Positions 15,995 through 26,113 of a stretch of 40,251 bases of DNA are shown here, one piece after another (the first letter of the stretch is position 1; every line of letters starts with the position of its first letter). The translations under genes and the position numbers were made by a program. The notes below the pieces were generated by a model, which was not told the origin of the DNA, did not search any database, and worked only from the letters and a program-made list of their open reading frames with translations. The stretch is from an uncultured Hyphomicrobiaceae bacterium. Lineage in GTDB: Bacteria; Pseudomonadota; Alphaproteobacteria; Rhizobiales; Methyloligellaceae. Where the stretch lies: assembly GCA_964454415.1 (NCBI GenBank), contig CAYVYD010000001.1, forward strand, positions 1 to 40,251. The letters run 5' to 3'.

Positions 15995-17281
15995 TCAGGC
16001 CCGGCGAAGCGCCGGCCGGCCCAGCGTGTAATGGTCCATCCCCGCCTCGCGCACGCGCCCGCCGTCGAGCACGCCATAGGGGTCGATGACGATGCGCCCG
16101 CGCATCGCCGCCGCCAGCGCCGCCACATCGACCGCGCCGTAATCGGGCCAAGGGGTCATGATCAGCAGCGCGTCCGCCCCTTCCGCCGCGCCGAGCGGGC
16201 TTGTTGCCTCTTCGAGCCGGGGATGATCGAGCCCCTCGGCCGGGACCACCGGATCGTGGACCCGCACCCGCATATCGCCCAGCTGGGCGATGGTGGCAAG
16301 GGCGGGAGAGTTCTTGGTCGAATTGGTGTTCTCCTTGTAGGCGAGGCCCCAGACCGCCACCAGCCGCCCGCCGTTCTCCGTGCCGAGATTTTCCCGCAAT
16401 GTTCGCGCCGCCCAGGCGCGCCGGTGACGGCTGTTGGCGAGCCACGCCGCCACCACGCCTGCGTCGGTTCCGTGCTGGGCGGCAAGACGGCTGACGGTGG
16501 CGAGATCACGCTCCAGATTGCCGCCGGCCAGGCCCAGGCCCGGCATCAGATAGGCGTGGTCGCCGATGCGGCGGTCGAGCCTCAGCGCCGGCACGATCTC
16601 CCGCCAATCCGCCCCCGTCTTCTCGCACAGCTCCGCCATCGTGTTGGCGACGCCGATCGAGCCGGCGAGACACATGTTGATGGCGATCTTGGCGAGCTCG
16701 GCGCTCTCATAGGCCATCGGCAGGATCGGACAGCCGAAGGCTTCGAGAAAGTGGCGATAGGGCGCGGGCAACGGCTCGGTCGGATCGGCGCAGCCGACGA
16801 TGAAGCGCTCGGGCTCCATCGCCCGCTCCATCGCCCGCCCGAAGATCAGCGTCTCCACCTGATAGTGGAGCGCGAGCCCCGCCTTCGCGCGCCGCCGCGT
16901 GTAGCCGGGCGGCACCTGCGCCAGGATCACGAGGGTAGCGTCCGGCCGCAGCGCCGGCATGACCGTTTCGATCAGCCCGTCGAGGGCGGCGAGATCGCTC
17001 ATGCCTTCATCGTCGGTGGCGACGTCGAGCGCGGCGAAGACCACATCGCGGGCGCCGAGATCCGCGGCCTCTGCGCTGAAACGCAGCCGGCCGCGGTTGG
17101 CGGCGGCGAGCTTCTCAAGACCCGGCTCGCTGATCGCGAAGGCGCCCTCGGTGCAGCGGGCGGCCCGCGCGCCGTCCAGGTCGAAGCCCACCGTCTCGAA
17201 CCCCTTGGCCGCGCTGGCGACGGCCGAGACCGTGCCGAGATGCGACAGGCCGGCGAAGCCTATCTTCGGGTTGTCGCTCAC
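15995..17281 (-). CDS. UDP-glucose/GDP-mannose dehydrogenase family protein (divergent)
   Basis: KIGFAGLSHLG N-terminal Rossmann motif, a central DRRIGDHAYLMPGLGLAGGNLERD segment, and a C-terminal nucleotide-sugar-binding-type region. A GTG at 17281 gives a GTGA overlap with the upstream stop; an alternative GTG lies at 17305. Confidence 0.8.
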   Translation of the reverse strand: MSDNPKIGFAGLSHLGTVSAVASAAKGFETVGFDLDGARAARCTEGAFAISEPGLEKLAAANRGRLRFSAEAADLGARDVVFAALDVATDDEGMSDLAALDGLIETVMPALRPDATLVILAQVPPGYTRRRAKAGLALHYQVETLIFGRAMERAMEPERFIVGCADPTEPLPAPYRHFLEAFGCPILPMAYESAELAKIAINMCLAGSIGVANTMAELCEKTGADWREIVPALRLDRRIGDHAYLMPGLGLAGGNLERDLATVSRLAAQHGTDAGVVAAWLANSRHRRAWAARTLRENLGTENGGRLVAVWGLAYKENTNSTKNSPALATIAQLGDMRVRVHDPVVPAEGLDHPRLEEATSPLGAAEGADALLIMTPWPDYGAVDVAALAAAMRGRIVIDPYGVLDGGRVREAGMDHYTLGRPALRRA

Positions 17282-18216
17282 CCGCCCGCGCCCTGCGCGC
17301 AGCACGCCGCGCCGAGGCGCTCGAGCAGGCCGTCGATGAGGATATCGCGGGAGAGGTCCGTCTGCGCCTTGGCCGCGATCAGTTCCTTGAAATAGTCGTA
17401 CTCAGCCTGCCAGGTGGGGTCGTCCTGAACCAGCGTCACGCGCTCCTCGGGTGGGCGGCCCGAGGGGAGCACGCGCCGGCGCCGGATGAAGGTCGCCGGA
17501 CCCCATTTGCAGAGCGAGGAGATGTGCGCGCTCCCCTCCTCCGCGAGCACGTCGCAGGTGAAATGGTTGCGCCACATCAATAGCGTCATCTCGAGCTCGC
17601 AGCGGGGGCTCGCCGTGGTGCTGCCGAGCACCACGTGATCGGGCGCGGCGTTCTCGAACCGGTCGGCCGAGACCAGCTCCAGTCCCTCCAGCGCCGCCTC
17701 GCCGAACCAGAAGAGCAGCGTGTCGAGAAGGTGGGAGCCGAGGTCGCCGAGCACGCCGCTCCCTTCATCGCGCCAGTTGGATTCGCGCACCAGCCGCGCC
17801 GTGCCGTTGCCGTAGAACATCCGGCACCGGTAGATGCGGCCGAGCTCGCCCGAGGCGACCAGGTCCCGCATGCGCAAGAAATGGGGCTCGAAGCGGTGAT
17901 TGTAGGCGGTGTAGCAGACCGCCCCCTTTTGCCGCGCCAGCGCCTGGAGCGCCGCGATCTCCTTGCCGCCGCCGTCCGCGAGCGGCTTCTCGACGAGCAC
18001 GTGCTTGCCGTCGCCGATGAGATAGGTGAGAAGGCCGAGCTTGGCGGCATCCGGCACGCAGGCCAGCACCGCGTCGTAGGCATCGAGCGGAACCTCGGCG
18101 ATATCGCGGTATTGGGCGGCCTTGTTTTCCGGGTCTACCGTGGCGACGACGTCGCCCGCCGCGATCCGCGCGCGCTTGGTCCCCTGCACGCCAAGGCCGA
18201 CGACCGCGACACGCAT
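17278..18216 (-). CDS. Gfo/Idh/MocA family oxidoreductase
   Basis: MRVAVVGLGVQGTKR N-terminal Rossmann motif and the EKP motif (LVEKPLA) typical of this family. The ATG at 18216 lies 1 nt after the upstream TGA. Confidence 0.85.
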   Translation of the reverse strand: MRVAVVGLGVQGTKRARIAAGDVVATVDPENKAAQYRDIAEVPLDAYDAVLACVPDAAKLGLLTYLIGDGKHVLVEKPLADGGGKEIAALQALARQKGAVCYTAYNHRFEPHFLRMRDLVASGELGRIYRCRMFYGNGTARLVRESNWRDEGSGVLGDLGSHLLDTLLFWFGEAALEGLELVSADRFENAAPDHVVLGSTTASPRCELEMTLLMWRNHFTCDVLAEEGSAHISSLCKWGPATFIRRRRVLPSGRPPEERVTLVQDDPTWQAEYDYFKELIAAKAQTDLSRDILIDGLLERLGAACCAQGAGG

Positions 18217-18217
18217 C

Positions 18218-19809
18218 TCACGCCCCACGCGAGGCCGATTGTCCGTCCTTGTCCCGCTCGTCCGCGATCAGCTGGAAGTTGGCCTGGGCCTGCAACCGCT
18301 GGATGCGCTGCCGCACGTCCTCGGGCGAGATCGGCACGTTGCCGTTGACCTCGCATTCTGCCGCCGCCGCCATGGCGCCCAGCACCGCGGCGATCACCGG
18401 GTTGCCGCCCGCCAGATGGCTCAGCGTCGCATAGGCGAGCAGCGCGTCGCCCGCCCCCACCGCGTCGACCACGCGCTCGGCGAAGCTGTCGAGCGCGAAG
18501 AAGGAACGCAGATCGTCGAGGTCGTTGCGGCTGCGGTAGCAGAGCAGGCCGCGGCGGCCGAGCTTCAAGATCAGGTTGCGGCAATTGGACGCCTCGAACA
18601 GGCGCCGCGCCAGCGGCCGGATCACCGAATCCTGGTCCCCCAGCGCGAACCGGGCCTCGCGCTCGTTGGGCGTGATCAGATCGAAATTCTGGAACTCTGT
18701 GATGTTGCCCCAGCGGCTCGCCACCTGGCTGTCGGCCACCTTGAAGAGACCGCTCGGAATGGCGGCGGCGAGCGTCGGTATGGTGTCGTGGTTGAAGATG
18801 CCGTGCCTGAAATCTGCGAACACGATGGCGTCGCCCTTGGTCGCCTCGACCGCCTGGGAAAACCGCTCGAAGATGCTCCCGGTGATCACCCTGTTGTCCA
18901 CCGTGTCGATCTTGAGCAGGCGCGTGTTCTCGCACACGATCGCGTTCTTGTGGGTCGTCGGCCGCGAATGATCGACGATGGCGTTCACCTCGACGCCCGC
19001 GGCCTCCAGGTCGTCGAGCACGAACTCCTTCCATTGGTCGTCGCCCAACAGCGTCGTGAAGCTGACCTTGGCGCCGGCCGCGCGCAGATGCTTGGCGACG
19101 ATGCCGGCCCCGCCGACGAAATGATGCTGGGATTCGTTACGCACCGAGATGGTGGGCGTCTTGCTCTGCCCGCCGATCATCGTCGTCTCGGTCAGCGTGT
19201 CGACGATGGTGTCGCCCACCACGTGGACCTCGAAGCGGCCCATGTCCTCCAGGGTGCGGCGCAAGTCGTCGAAGGTGAGGCCCTCGGCATCGAACAGCGA
19301 GAGCACCTTGTCGACCGCGAGATTGGGCGGCGATTCCTCGATCAGCTTGGAGGAGGAGTAGACGACGTCGCCGGGGGTGAAGATGATCTCGCCGCCATAG
19401 GCGTCGAGCACCGCCTTTTCCTCCGCCGTCTTGGGATGCAGGCCGCCCTCGGTATATTCGTAGCCCTTGGCGAAATAGTCCGGCTTCAGGATTTGCAAAT
19501 TCTCCAGCGGCGTGCGGTTGCGGTCGATCAGCACGTAGTCCACCGCGTGCAGCGCTGCCAGGTTCATCGCCCGCAGCGCCTCCGGCACGAAGGGGCGGAA
19601 ATGCGCCTTCTCGATATAGTCGTCGGTGGTGAGACTGGCGACCAGAATGTCGGCCTGCTGCTTGGCGTAGATCAGATGCCGCACGTGACCGGGATGCACC
19701 ACGTCGAAGGTGCCGTGGCACATGATGACCTTGCGCTTGCGCGGCGGCTGGCCGATGATTTCGGCCAATTCTTCGACCGTTCTTATTTTTTCTTTGTATT
19801 CGCCCGAAA

Positions 19810-19813
<4 letters not shown>
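18218..19813 (-). CDS. bifunctional nucleotidyltransferase (RfaE domain II-like, N-terminal) / PfkB sugar kinase (RfaE domain I-like, C-terminal)
   Basis: aa 32-43 read CHGTFDVVHPGH, the HxGH motif of the cytidylyltransferase superfamily. FRPFVP...VDYVLI...KPDYFAKGYEY resembles HldE domain II. aa 195-500 resemble the PfkB family, with DAVGAGD at 450-456. ATGA overlaps occur at both gene ends. Confidence 0.85.
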
Positions 19814-20816
<1,003 letters not shown>

Positions 20817-20820
<4 letters not shown>

Positions 20821-21818
20821 GCCGCCTGGAGCGATTTCAGCGTCCTTACGTTGAAATAGACGTCGTCGCTCATGCTGTTGGGCAGGTCGCCCCGCTTGAA
20901 GGCGCGGCACAGATCCACGACCGCGTCCTCGATGGAATGACGGGGGCTGAAGCCGAGCTCGTCGTGGATCTTGTCCGAATTGATGTGATAGGAGCGGATG
21001 TCGTCGCTCGGCGTGGTGGCGATCTCGATCTCGCCCTTCTCGGGGAATTCCCGCCCGACCACGCGCTTGACGATCTGAGCGATCTCCATGATCGACATGT
21101 TCTCATAGCCGCAATTGAAGGTCTTGCCGGCGATATTCTCGCCGTCGATCTCGATCAGCAGCTTGTAGAGATCGCACATGTCCTGGACGTGCAGATTGGG
21201 CCGAAGCTGGCTGCCGCCGAAGACCGTGATCTTGCCGTTGTTGACCGCGTGATTGGTGAGGATGTTGACCGAGACGTCGAGCCGCTGGCGGGGCGCGTAG
21301 CCGCACAGCGTCGCCGGACGGATGACGGTGCAGACGAAATCATTCGACTGATGCTTGAACAGCAGCGGCTCGCACTGGCCCTTGTATTTGTTGTAGAGCG
21401 TCAACGGCACGAGGGGGTGATCCTCCCGCACGTTGGGCTCGTCGGAGACGCCGTAGACCGAGCTCGAGGAGGCGTAGATGAAACGCCTCACCCCCGCCTC
21501 CTTCGCGGCGATCACTCGCGGCTCGAAGGCCTCGAGATTGACCGTCGTCGAGAGGCTCTCGTCGAGATCGAAGCTCGCGTCGTTGGAGATGCAGGCGAGA
21601 TCGATCAGCACGTCGACGCCGGCGCACGCCGCCGCGAACGCCTTCACGTCGCGTATGTCGCTCTTGATCAGGGTGAAGTGGGGATGATCGTGCGGCAGAA
21701 AGCCGTCGCCGAAATAGCAGATGTCGTAGGCGGTGACCTTGTATCCCAGCTCCAACAGCTGGGGACAGAGCAGGCTGCCCACATACCCCCCGCCGCCCGT
21801 CACAAGCACATGTTTCAC
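20817..21818 (-). CDS. NAD-dependent epimerase/dehydratase (extended SDR)
   Basis: MKHVLVTGGGGYVGS Rossmann motif, an SSSSVYG segment and the catalytic motif YNKYK. 333 aa. Confidence 0.85.
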
Positions 21819-21864
21819 GCTTCGGTCCTGAATGTTGTTGTTGGTCTTGCGCGCGATCGCCCCG

Positions 21865-22605
21865 TCAGGCGACGCTCCGTTTGAGCTTCAGCGTATCGAT
21901 GGCGTAGCCGGCCGCCGTGGCGTCCCGATAGAACATATCCACCGTCTCGCGGGAATACTCGTCCAGATCCTTCCCCACGAGATGGAGCTTGGCCAGAATG
22001 TCGTTGGTCACCGTGATGATGTGGCAGCCGACGGCGTCGGCGTGGAACAGGTTGAGCAGCTCCCGCGGGCTCGCCCACAGCAGCTCCGCCTTCGGCCGTT
22101 CGCGCAGAATTTCCAGTGCTTGCGCCATGTGCGGCGCCGGATCGACGCCGGTGTCGGCGACGCGGCCGGCGAACACCGACACGATCGCCGGCGTCTCTGG
22201 ATCGAGAGCGTCGCTTACGGCGCGCACCTGGTCGAGCGACAGGATCGCGGTCGCGTTCACCACCACGCCCTGCCGCGACAGGCGTCCGATCAGCCCGCAG
22301 GCGGACTCGCCGCGCGTGTTGGTGATCGGGATCTTGACGTTGACGTTGGCGCCCCAGGAGGCGATCTCGAGCGCTTGGCGCTCCATTTCGTCAAAGTCGT
22401 CCGCCAGCACCTCGAGCGAGACCGGCATGTCCGTGACTTCGCCGAGCAGCGTCCGGGCAAAGGCCTCGTAGTCCTCGACCCCCGCCTTGCGCATCAGCGT
22501 TGGATTGGTCGTGACCCCCTTGATCAAGGGATCGCGGCTCAGCTTCAGAATGCTTGGAAGATCCGCCCCGTCGGCAAAAATCTTGATTGAAAGACTTTCG
22601 GCCAT
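21865..22605 (-). CDS. transaldolase family protein (short TalC/FSA-type)
   Basis: ATG at 22605 (MAESLSIKIFADGADL). GVTTNPTL and NVKIP (Schiff-base Lys context) are typical of the ~220-250-aa transaldolase/fructose-6-P aldolase subfamily. Confidence 0.8.
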   Translation of the reverse strand: MAESLSIKIFADGADLPSILKLSRDPLIKGVTTNPTLMRKAGVEDYEAFARTLLGEVTDMPVSLEVLADDFDEMERQALEIASWGANVNVKIPITNTRGESACGLIGRLSRQGVVVNATAILSLDQVRAVSDALDPETPAIVSVFAGRVADTGVDPAPHMAQALEILRERPKAELLWASPRELLNLFHADAVGCHIITVTNDILAKLHLVGKDLDEYSRETVDMFYRDATAAGYAIDTLKLKRSVA

Positions 22606-22660
22606 GCCCCCGCCCCGCAAGATTCACGCAATACTTGTATTGAGTGTTAGCAACTCTCGT

Positions 22661-23197
22661 TCAACGAGACAATATCCAGCCCGCCGCCGCGCCGAGTCCT
22701 CCACATACGAAATCGGGGTCGCTGGGAGCGGATTCCTGCTCATAGGACTGGTCTATGAATATGGTGCGGCAACCGGCCCGCTTGCCGGCCTCCACGTCGC
22801 TGGCCCGGTCGCCTACCATGAAGCTCGCCCGTAAATCCAGGCCCATCGCCGCCGCCGCGCTTTGCAGCATGGCGGGCGCCGGCTTGCGGCATTGGCACCC
22901 CTCGTCCCGGCCATGGGTACATACCTCGATTCGGTCGATCGGCAAGGCCGAGTTGAGCTCAGCGTGCATGGCCTCCAGCGCGTCCGCCGAGATCAGACCG
23001 CAGCCGACGTCCGGCTGGTTGGTCACCACCACCAGCGCGAAACCCGCCGCGCGCAGGTCTTCGAGCGCGGCGGCCGCCTCGGGATAAATCCGGAAGTCCT
23101 CGATACTGCGCGGTGCGAAGGACCGCCCATCGCGGAACTCGGGGATGACGATAACCCCGTCGCGGTCGAGAAAGACCGCTCTTCTAGTCCCTACCAC
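22661..23197 (-). CDS. gmhB: D-glycero-D-manno-heptose 1,7-bisphosphate phosphatase-like HAD hydrolase
   Basis: AVFLDRDGVI, VVVTNQPDVG, the Zn-finger-like CTHGRDEGCQCRKP and MVGDRASD all match the GmhB pattern. There is no ATG; a GTG at 23197 overlaps the gmhA-like stop by 7 nt. The start is uncertain. Confidence 0.75.
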   Translation of the reverse strand: MVGTRRAVFLDRDGVIVIPEFRDGRSFAPRSIEDFRIYPEAAAALEDLRAAGFALVVVTNQPDVGCGLISADALEAMHAELNSALPIDRIEVCTHGRDEGCQCRKPAPAMLQSAAAAMGLDLRASFMVGDRASDVEAGKRAGCRTIFIDQSYEQESAPSDPDFVCGGLGAAAGWILSR

Positions 23198-23775
23198 GTC
23201 GTCGCCTTGGTTTGCAGGTCGGGATGCGAGACCAGGCAATGCCAGACCACCGCCTGAAACGCTTCCGTATGCGGCGTCACCCGATCGTCGTGCGCTTTGG
23301 GCACCACGACCACGGCGTCCCCGACCTTCCTTGCGTAGCCGCCGTCGCGCCCGACGATCCCGAAGATACCGGCGCCCCTCCGCCTTGCCAGCTCCAGCGC
23401 CCGCACCAGGTTGGCGCTGATGTTCCGCTCCAGATCGCCGCCGCCCACCGACATCACGAAGACGCCGTCGTTCTCGTTGAGCCGGCTCGTCTCGAGCCAG
23501 GCCGCGAACACGCTCTCCCATCCCTCGTCATTGGTGCGCGCGGTCAGCTCCGAGACGTTGTCGGTGGCGCAATAGGCCTCGATGCCGCAGAGCTTGCGGA
23601 AATCGTTGACGGCGTGCGAGCAATTGCCGGCGCCGCCGCCCACTCCCAGCATGAAAAGCCGTCCGCCGCGCTCCCGCAGCGCGGCGAGCGCCTGGGCCAG
23701 CGCCTCGACGTCCTTCGGCGGAATTGCCGCGGCGATGCGCGAGACCTCGCTCATATAGGTCTTGGCGTGGGACAT
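23191..23775 (-). CDS. gmhA: SIS-domain sugar-phosphate isomerase (phosphoheptose isomerase-like)
   Basis: ATG at 23775 (MSHAKTYMSEV...). SIS motifs are RLFMLGVGGGAGNCSHAVNDF and VFVMSVGGG. It sits adjacent to the gmhB-like gene. This is a divergent GmhA type, so the exact substrate is an inference. Confidence 0.7.
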   Translation of the reverse strand: MSHAKTYMSEVSRIAAAIPPKDVEALAQALAALRERGGRLFMLGVGGGAGNCSHAVNDFRKLCGIEAYCATDNVSELTARTNDEGWESVFAAWLETSRLNENDGVFVMSVGGGDLERNISANLVRALELARRRGAGIFGIVGRDGGYARKVGDAVVVVPKAHDDRVTPHTEAFQAVVWHCLVSHPDLQTKATTW

Positions 23776-23976
23776 TGGTACTTTGTCTTGCTCGCTCTCC
23801 GGCGCGCTCCCGCCGCGGCGGACTTGTGACGCCTTCCAATTGCGAATATGCATACCAGCCTTGGACGGTTCGCGCATTGATTGTCTTGGCCGTGCGGGAC
23901 AAGTTCATCGTGCGCCTCCTCGCCGGTCGGGCACGCCGGTCGTCCCCCGGCCGGGCGCCCAACAGCAGGCTTGCGC
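23776..23976. promoter_or_regulatory. divergent intergenic control region between the two largest operons
   Basis: 201-bp non-coding gap between divergent starts at 23775 (-) and 23977 (+). It contains a locally AT-rich patch with the perfect palindrome TATGCATA (23847-23854) and a duplicated TTGTCTTG octamer. Confidence 0.45.
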
Positions 23977-24993
23977 ATGCACAAGGAAATTCGTGATCGC
24001 GGAAGCGTTGCCGATGCCGGCGGCCCGCTCGCGGGCGAGCAACTGCTCGCCATGCACAGGGATTTGCTTCGCTTGAGGGCCACCGAGGAGACCATCGCCC
24101 GCCGCTACCGCGACCAGGAAATGCGGACGCCGACTCATCTGGGCACCGGCCAGGAGGCGGTCGCCGTCGGCGTGGCCGCCGCCTTGATGCCCGACGACGT
24201 GGTCTACAGCCACCACCGCAGCCACAACCACTATCTCTCCCGGGGGGGAAGCGTCTATCGGTTGGCGGCGGAGCTCTATGGGCGCGCCGACGGCTGCGCG
24301 GCCGGGCGCGGCGGTTCGGTCCACCTCACCGCCCGGGACGTTGGCTTCGTGGTCTCGAGCGCGATCCTCGGCGAGACCGTCGCCGTCGCCACCGGAAGCG
24401 CGCTCGCCTTCAAGATGGACGGCGCTCCGCGCGTCGCGGTCACCTTCTTCGGCGAGGCAACGCTGGAAGAAGGCATCATCTACGAGGCCATGAACTACGC
24501 CGCGATCAAGGCGCTTCCGGTCGTCTTCGTCTGCGAGAACAACCTCTACTCCACCGAAAGCCCGCTCGAGACCCGCCAGCCAGCCGGCACGCGGCTTTGC
24601 GCGCGGGCCGAGAGCTTCACCATCCCCGCCCGCCAGGTGGACGGCAACGACGTCGCCGCGGTCGCCGCTGCGGCGCGCGAAGCGGTCGACCGCGCGCGCT
24701 CGGGTGCCGGCCCTTCCTTCATCGAATGCACGACCTATCGCTGGCGCGAGCATGTGGGGCCGCTGTTCGACTGGGAGGCGGACCGCAGCTACCGCTCGCG
24801 GGCGGAGCTCGAGGAGTGGATAAAGCGCTGCCCGGTGGAGCGGAGCGCAAGGCGCCTGGCCGAGCTCGGCCTGGCGGGCGAGGACGAGCTCGCCGCCTGG
24901 CGCGATGAGGCATTCGCCTCCGTCGAGGCCGATTTCGAGCGGGCGAGCCGGGCGCCCTGGCCCGACGCCGCCGACCTCTTCGACAACGCTTGA
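23977..24993 (+). CDS. thiamine-diphosphate-dependent dehydrogenase E1 component, alpha subunit (AcoA/PdhA-like)
   Basis: ATG at 23977 (MHKEIRD...). HLGTGQEAVAVG and the ThDP-binding stretch FFGEATLEEGIIYEAMNYAAIKALPVVFVCENNLYS are present. The canonical motif is GDG...NN. Confidence 0.85.
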   Translation: MHKEIRDRGSVADAGGPLAGEQLLAMHRDLLRLRATEETIARRYRDQEMRTPTHLGTGQEAVAVGVAAALMPDDVVYSHHRSHNHYLSRGGSVYRLAAELYGRADGCAAGRGGSVHLTARDVGFVVSSAILGETVAVATGSALAFKMDGAPRVAVTFFGEATLEEGIIYEAMNYAAIKALPVVFVCENNLYSTESPLETRQPAGTRLCARAESFTIPARQVDGNDVAAVAAAAREAVDRARSGAGPSFIECTTYRWREHVGPLFDWEADRSYRSRAELEEWIKRCPVERSARRLAELGLAGEDELAAWRDEAFASVEADFERASRAPWPDAADLFDNA

Positions 24994-25023
24994 GCGGGCT
25001 GACGCAGTGACGCCGGGATCGCG

Positions 25024-26058
25024 ATGAGACTTCTCAAATACCACCAGGCCATTTCCGAGGGCACGGTTCAGGCGATGGAGCGGGACGAGAACGTCTTTTG
25101 CGCCGGCATCGCCGTCGACTACCCCTCCGGCATTTTCGGCACCACCAGCAAGGCGCTCGCACGCTTTGGGCCCGAGCGCGTCTTCGACACGCCCGCCATG
25201 GAGAACGCCTTCACCGGCATCTGCATCGGCGCCGCCGCCATGGGCAAGCGGCCGATCATGGTGCACCCGCGCAACGACTTCATGTTCCTGGCCTTCGACC
25301 AGCTCATCAATCTGGGCGCCAAGTGGCGCTACATGTATGGTGGAGGGGCGGGTTCCGTTCCCGTCGTCGTCCGCGCCGTGATCGGCCGCGGCTGGGGCCA
25401 GGGCGCAACCCACTCGCAAAGCCTGCAGGCCCCGCTCGCTCATTTCCCGGGGCTCGCCGTGGTGATGCCGGCGACGCCGGCCGACGCCAAGGGGCTGCTG
25501 CTGGCGGCCTGCCGCCACGACCGCCCCGTCGTCATCCTCGAGCATCGCGCTCTTTACGGCCTCGAGGGTGACGTTCCCGAGGCGCCGGTGGAGACGCCGA
25601 TCGGCAAGGCGAACGTGCTGCGCCAAGGCAACGACCTCTCGATCGTCGCCACCTCGCTGATGACCCAGGAGGCGCTGACCGCGGCCGACGAGCTCGCCAG
25701 GCACGGCATCGGCGCCGAGGTCGTGGATCTGCGCTCGATCCGGCCGCTGGACGAGGAAACGGTGCTCGCCTCGGTCGCCAAGACGGGGCGCGCCATCGTC
25801 GCCGATACGAGCTGGGAGCTGTGCGGCGTGGCGAGCGAGATCGCCGGGCTCTTGGCCGAGAAGGCGTTTTCCCACCTCAAGGCGCCGGTCCGCCGCCTGG
25901 CGCTTGCCGACTGCCCCGCCCCGGTATCGCTCGTCCTCGAGCAAGCCTTCTACCCCCGCGCCTCGACCATCGCCAGGCTGGCGCTGCACGTGATGGGGGC
26001 CGACCCCGACGCCGTCGGCGAGATCGACGCCGAGGACGACTTCAAGGGGCCATATTAG
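25024..26058 (+). CDS. E1 component beta subunit (transketolase-like pyrimidine-binding and C-terminal domains)
   Basis: VFDTPAMENAFTGICIGAAAMGKRPIM and a C-terminal VVDLRSIRPLD motif, both typical of E1 beta. 344 aa. Confidence 0.85.
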   Translation: MRLLKYHQAISEGTVQAMERDENVFCAGIAVDYPSGIFGTTSKALARFGPERVFDTPAMENAFTGICIGAAAMGKRPIMVHPRNDFMFLAFDQLINLGAKWRYMYGGGAGSVPVVVRAVIGRGWGQGATHSQSLQAPLAHFPGLAVVMPATPADAKGLLLAACRHDRPVVILEHRALYGLEGDVPEAPVETPIGKANVLRQGNDLSIVATSLMTQEALTAADELARHGIGAEVVDLRSIRPLDEETVLASVAKTGRAIVADTSWELCGVASEIAGLLAEKAFSHLKAPVRRLALADCPAPVSLVLEQAFYPRASTIARLALHVMGADPDAVGEIDAEDDFKGPY

Positions 26059-26113
26059 GAGAATGCGCGTCTTCCTACCTCGGCAAAGCTTTTCCACATA
26101 ACCTCTGCGCGTC

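Noticed and set aside
21865-22605. The transaldolase as the housekeeping pentose-phosphate enzyme placed here by chance.
   Set aside because: This is not fully rejected. However, its position between gmhB/gmhA-like genes and sugar-nucleotide SDRs, on the same strand with short spacers, favours a pathway-dedicated role. Deciding requires checking for another tal gene in the genome.
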